Positions 62,135 to 64,000 of a stretch of DNA of 64,000 nt are shown in pieces. The notes below the pieces were generated by a model, which did no database searches, had not been told where the DNA came from, and saw nothing but the letters and a program-made list of their open reading frames with translations. Numbering within the stretch: position 1 is the stretch's first letter; every line of letters starts with the position of its first letter. This DNA comes from Cyanobacteriota bacterium. Lineage in GTDB: Bacteria > Cyanobacteriota > Cyanobacteriia > Cyanobacteriales > Nostocaceae. The translations under genes and the position numbers were made by a program. The stretch spans positions 64,001-128,000 of the forward strand of contig JBJOKS010000002.1 in assembly GCA_046045965.1 (NCBI GenBank). The letters are read 5' to 3'.

Positions 62135-63193
62135 ATGATTGTTGTCATGAAAGTCGGTTCCCCACAGGTAGAAATAGACCGTTTAACTGAAGAGTTAGCA
62201 GCCTGGGGTTTAACACCAGAAAAAATTATTGGACAGCATAAAGTAGTCATAGGTTTAGTAGGTGAAACTGCGGATTTAGATCCCCTGCAAATTCAGGAAC
62301 TCAGTCAATGGATTGAGCAAGTATTAAGGGTGGAAGTACCTTATAAACGCGCTAGTCGTCAGTTCCGCCACGGTGAAGCTTCTGAGGTGGTGGTAAATAC
62401 TCCCGATAGTCCTGTAATTTTTGGTGAACATCATCCTTTAGTGGTGGTTGCTGGACCATGTTCAGTAGAAAATGAAGCCATGATTGTGGAGACGGCGCTG
62501 CGGGTTAAGGCCGCTGGTGCTAAATTTCTCCGTGGTGGTGCATATAAACCCCGAACTTCACCCTATGCTTTTCAAGGACACGGTGAAAGTGCTTTGGAGT
62601 TGTTAGCAAAAGCACGGGAAGTCAGCGGACTGGGAATAATTACTGAGGTGATGGATGGGGGAGATTTGGAAAAAATCGCCGAAGTTGCCGATGTGATTCA
62701 GGTAGGGGCAAGAAATATGCAGAATTTCTCCCTTTTAAAACAAGTTGGGGCGCAATCAAAACCGGTGTTGTTAAAACGGGGAATGGCGGCCACTATTGAA
62801 GACTGGTTAATGGCGGCTGAGTATATTTTGGCTGCTGGTAATCCGAATGTGATTTTGTGTGAGCGAGGAATTAGAACTTTTGACCGTCAGTATACGCGCA
62901 ATACTTTAGATTTATCTGTTGTACCGGTGTTAAGAAAACTCACTCACCTGCCAATTATGATTGATCCTAGTCATGGTGTGGGTTGGTCTGAGTTTGTACC
63001 TGCAATGGCGATGGCGGCGATCGCAGCTGGTACTGATTCTCTCATGATTGAAGTCCATCCCAACCCAGCTAAAGCTTTATCTGATGGACCCCAATCTTTA
63101 ACACCAGACCGTTTTGATCAATTGATGTCAGAATTGGCAGTCATCGGTAAAGCCGTAGGACGTTGGCCACAACCCGCATTTGTGGCAGTTTGA
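62135..63193 (+). CDS. aroF: DAHP synthase (type I-beta)
   Basis: AGPCSVE, RGGAYKPRTSPY, CERGIRTF, DPSH. Confidence 0.95.
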   Translation: MIVVMKVGSPQVEIDRLTEELAAWGLTPEKIIGQHKVVIGLVGETADLDPLQIQELSQWIEQVLRVEVPYKRASRQFRHGEASEVVVNTPDSPVIFGEHHPLVVVAGPCSVENEAMIVETALRVKAAGAKFLRGGAYKPRTSPYAFQGHGESALELLAKAREVSGLGIITEVMDGGDLEKIAEVADVIQVGARNMQNFSLLKQVGAQSKPVLLKRGMAATIEDWLMAAEYILAAGNPNVILCERGIRTFDRQYTRNTLDLSVVPVLRKLTHLPIMIDPSHGVGWSEFVPAMAMAAIAAGTDSLMIEVHPNPAKALSDGPQSLTPDRFDQLMSELAVIGKAVGRWPQPAFVAV

Positions 63194-63214
63194 TGGGTGA
63201 CAGGTGATAGTGAA

Positions 63215-63325
63215 GAAAGCAGGGGAGGCAGGGGAAGTTGGGGAAGCAGGGGGAGAATATTAACTTTTGCCTCCTGACTCCTGTACGGGCGAACGGCCGT
63301 TCGCCCCTCCTGACTCCTGCCTCCT
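63215..63325. repeat. G-tract repeat, CTCCTGA STRR units and hairpin GGGCGAACGGCCGTTCGCCC
   Basis: Seen between convergent aroF and the last gene. Confidence 0.75.
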
Positions 63326-63330
63326 ATCAA

Positions 63331-64000
63331 TTATCTTCTTCTGCTTCTGCTACCAAAGCCAGAAGAACGACTACCAGAAGAACGGCCACCACTACCAAAA
63401 CTACTACCAGATTTGCGTTGAGTAGAACTGGAGTTACCAGAAGGACGGAGGTTACTGCTACCAAAGCCAGAACCTGTAGAACGTCCACTTGTATTTGTCC
63501 GTGGTGTTGTGGTTGTAGAACCTCCAGAGGATCTAATTGAACCTGTAGTGCGGAAAGCAGTACGATTTCTTACCGCTGCGGGTGGTTCATTGTAGCGAGT
63601 CCGATAACTGGAAACCGCTTGGTCATAACTAGAACCATAGCCACCATAGCCGGTCATAACCCCACCGGGTTGATAAACGGGTGGAACATAATATTGAGGT
63701 CTAAATAATAGACTACCAATAGCTTGACCTGCCACATTACCAGCCAAAGACGCTGCGAAAGGTGTCCAGAAGTTAGATTCTCTCCGCACAACTACGGTTT
63801 CTTGTTGTCCGGTTTGGGGATTGGTTTTTGTCTCGGTGACGTTATGAACGTACTCAATTTTAAAGTCTTCTGTCAGGTATAAGGCTGGTTGGCCATTTTC
63901 TACCTTCAGGTAACTTTTTTTGCCCTCTTTGATTTCTTCCTCTGTCAGCCGCGCCATTTGTAATTTTTCTGTGGCAAAGGTTGGCGGCTGACTACCAAGT
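63331..64000 (-). CDS. Partial conserved hypothetical protein with Gly/Ser/Arg-rich tail
   Basis: Frame stays open upstream of ATG 63957 to the window edge (..LGSQPPTFATEKLQ-MARL..). Confidence 0.8.
   Translation of the reverse strand, partial: LGSQPPTFATEKLQMARLTEEEIKEGKKSYLKVENGQPALYLTEDFKIEYVHNVTETKTNPQTGQQETVVVRRESNFWTPFAASLAGNVAGQAIGSLLFRPQYYVPPVYQPGGVMTGYGGYGSSYDQAVSSYRTRYNEPPAAVRNRTAFRTTGSIRSSGGSTTTTPRTNTSGRSTGSGFGSSNLRPSGNSSSTQRKSGSSFGSGGRSSGSRSSGFGSRSRRR

Noticed and set aside
63118..63540. Short overlapping ORFs here, and other 60-100 aa antisense ORFs across the window
   Set aside because: Shadows of real genes or repeats with no independent evidence

Overview
AT-rich chromosomal window from a heterocyst-forming cyanobacterium (Nostocales). 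This is supported by frequent HIP1 GCGATCGC sites, STRR heptamer repeats and a heterocyst glycolipid cluster. Left to right: (1) potA-potD-potB polyamine ABC transporter; (2) a ~15.5 kb accessory island (3.5-19.0 kb) with a LuxR-HTH/NB-ARC STAND gene plus a separate TPR gene, an array of ten co-oriented membrane/secreted-protein genes, and an ECF-like sigma factor - DUF1822-like - membrane-anchored CHAT protease - CPBP protease module; (3) a ptx-type phototaxis chemosensory operon with a 7-GAF cyanobacteriochrome MCP; (4) the hgl/hgd heterocyst glycolipid island; (5) a cyanophycinase-like peptidase, a GH10-like hydrolase, rpsO, PAM68, aroF and a partial gene. The most notable signal is in the island. 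Five copies of one bipartite motif, TTGCAAC-N17-CGTATA, occur with invariant spacing: in front of the cargo array (twice), an internal cargo gene, the sigma gene itself, and after the last gene. The first and last copies lie inside a ~92 bp direct repeat bracketing 12.5 kb. I infer a self-contained, protease-controlled ECF sigma regulon. All family assignments come from reading motifs by eye; no database searches were run.
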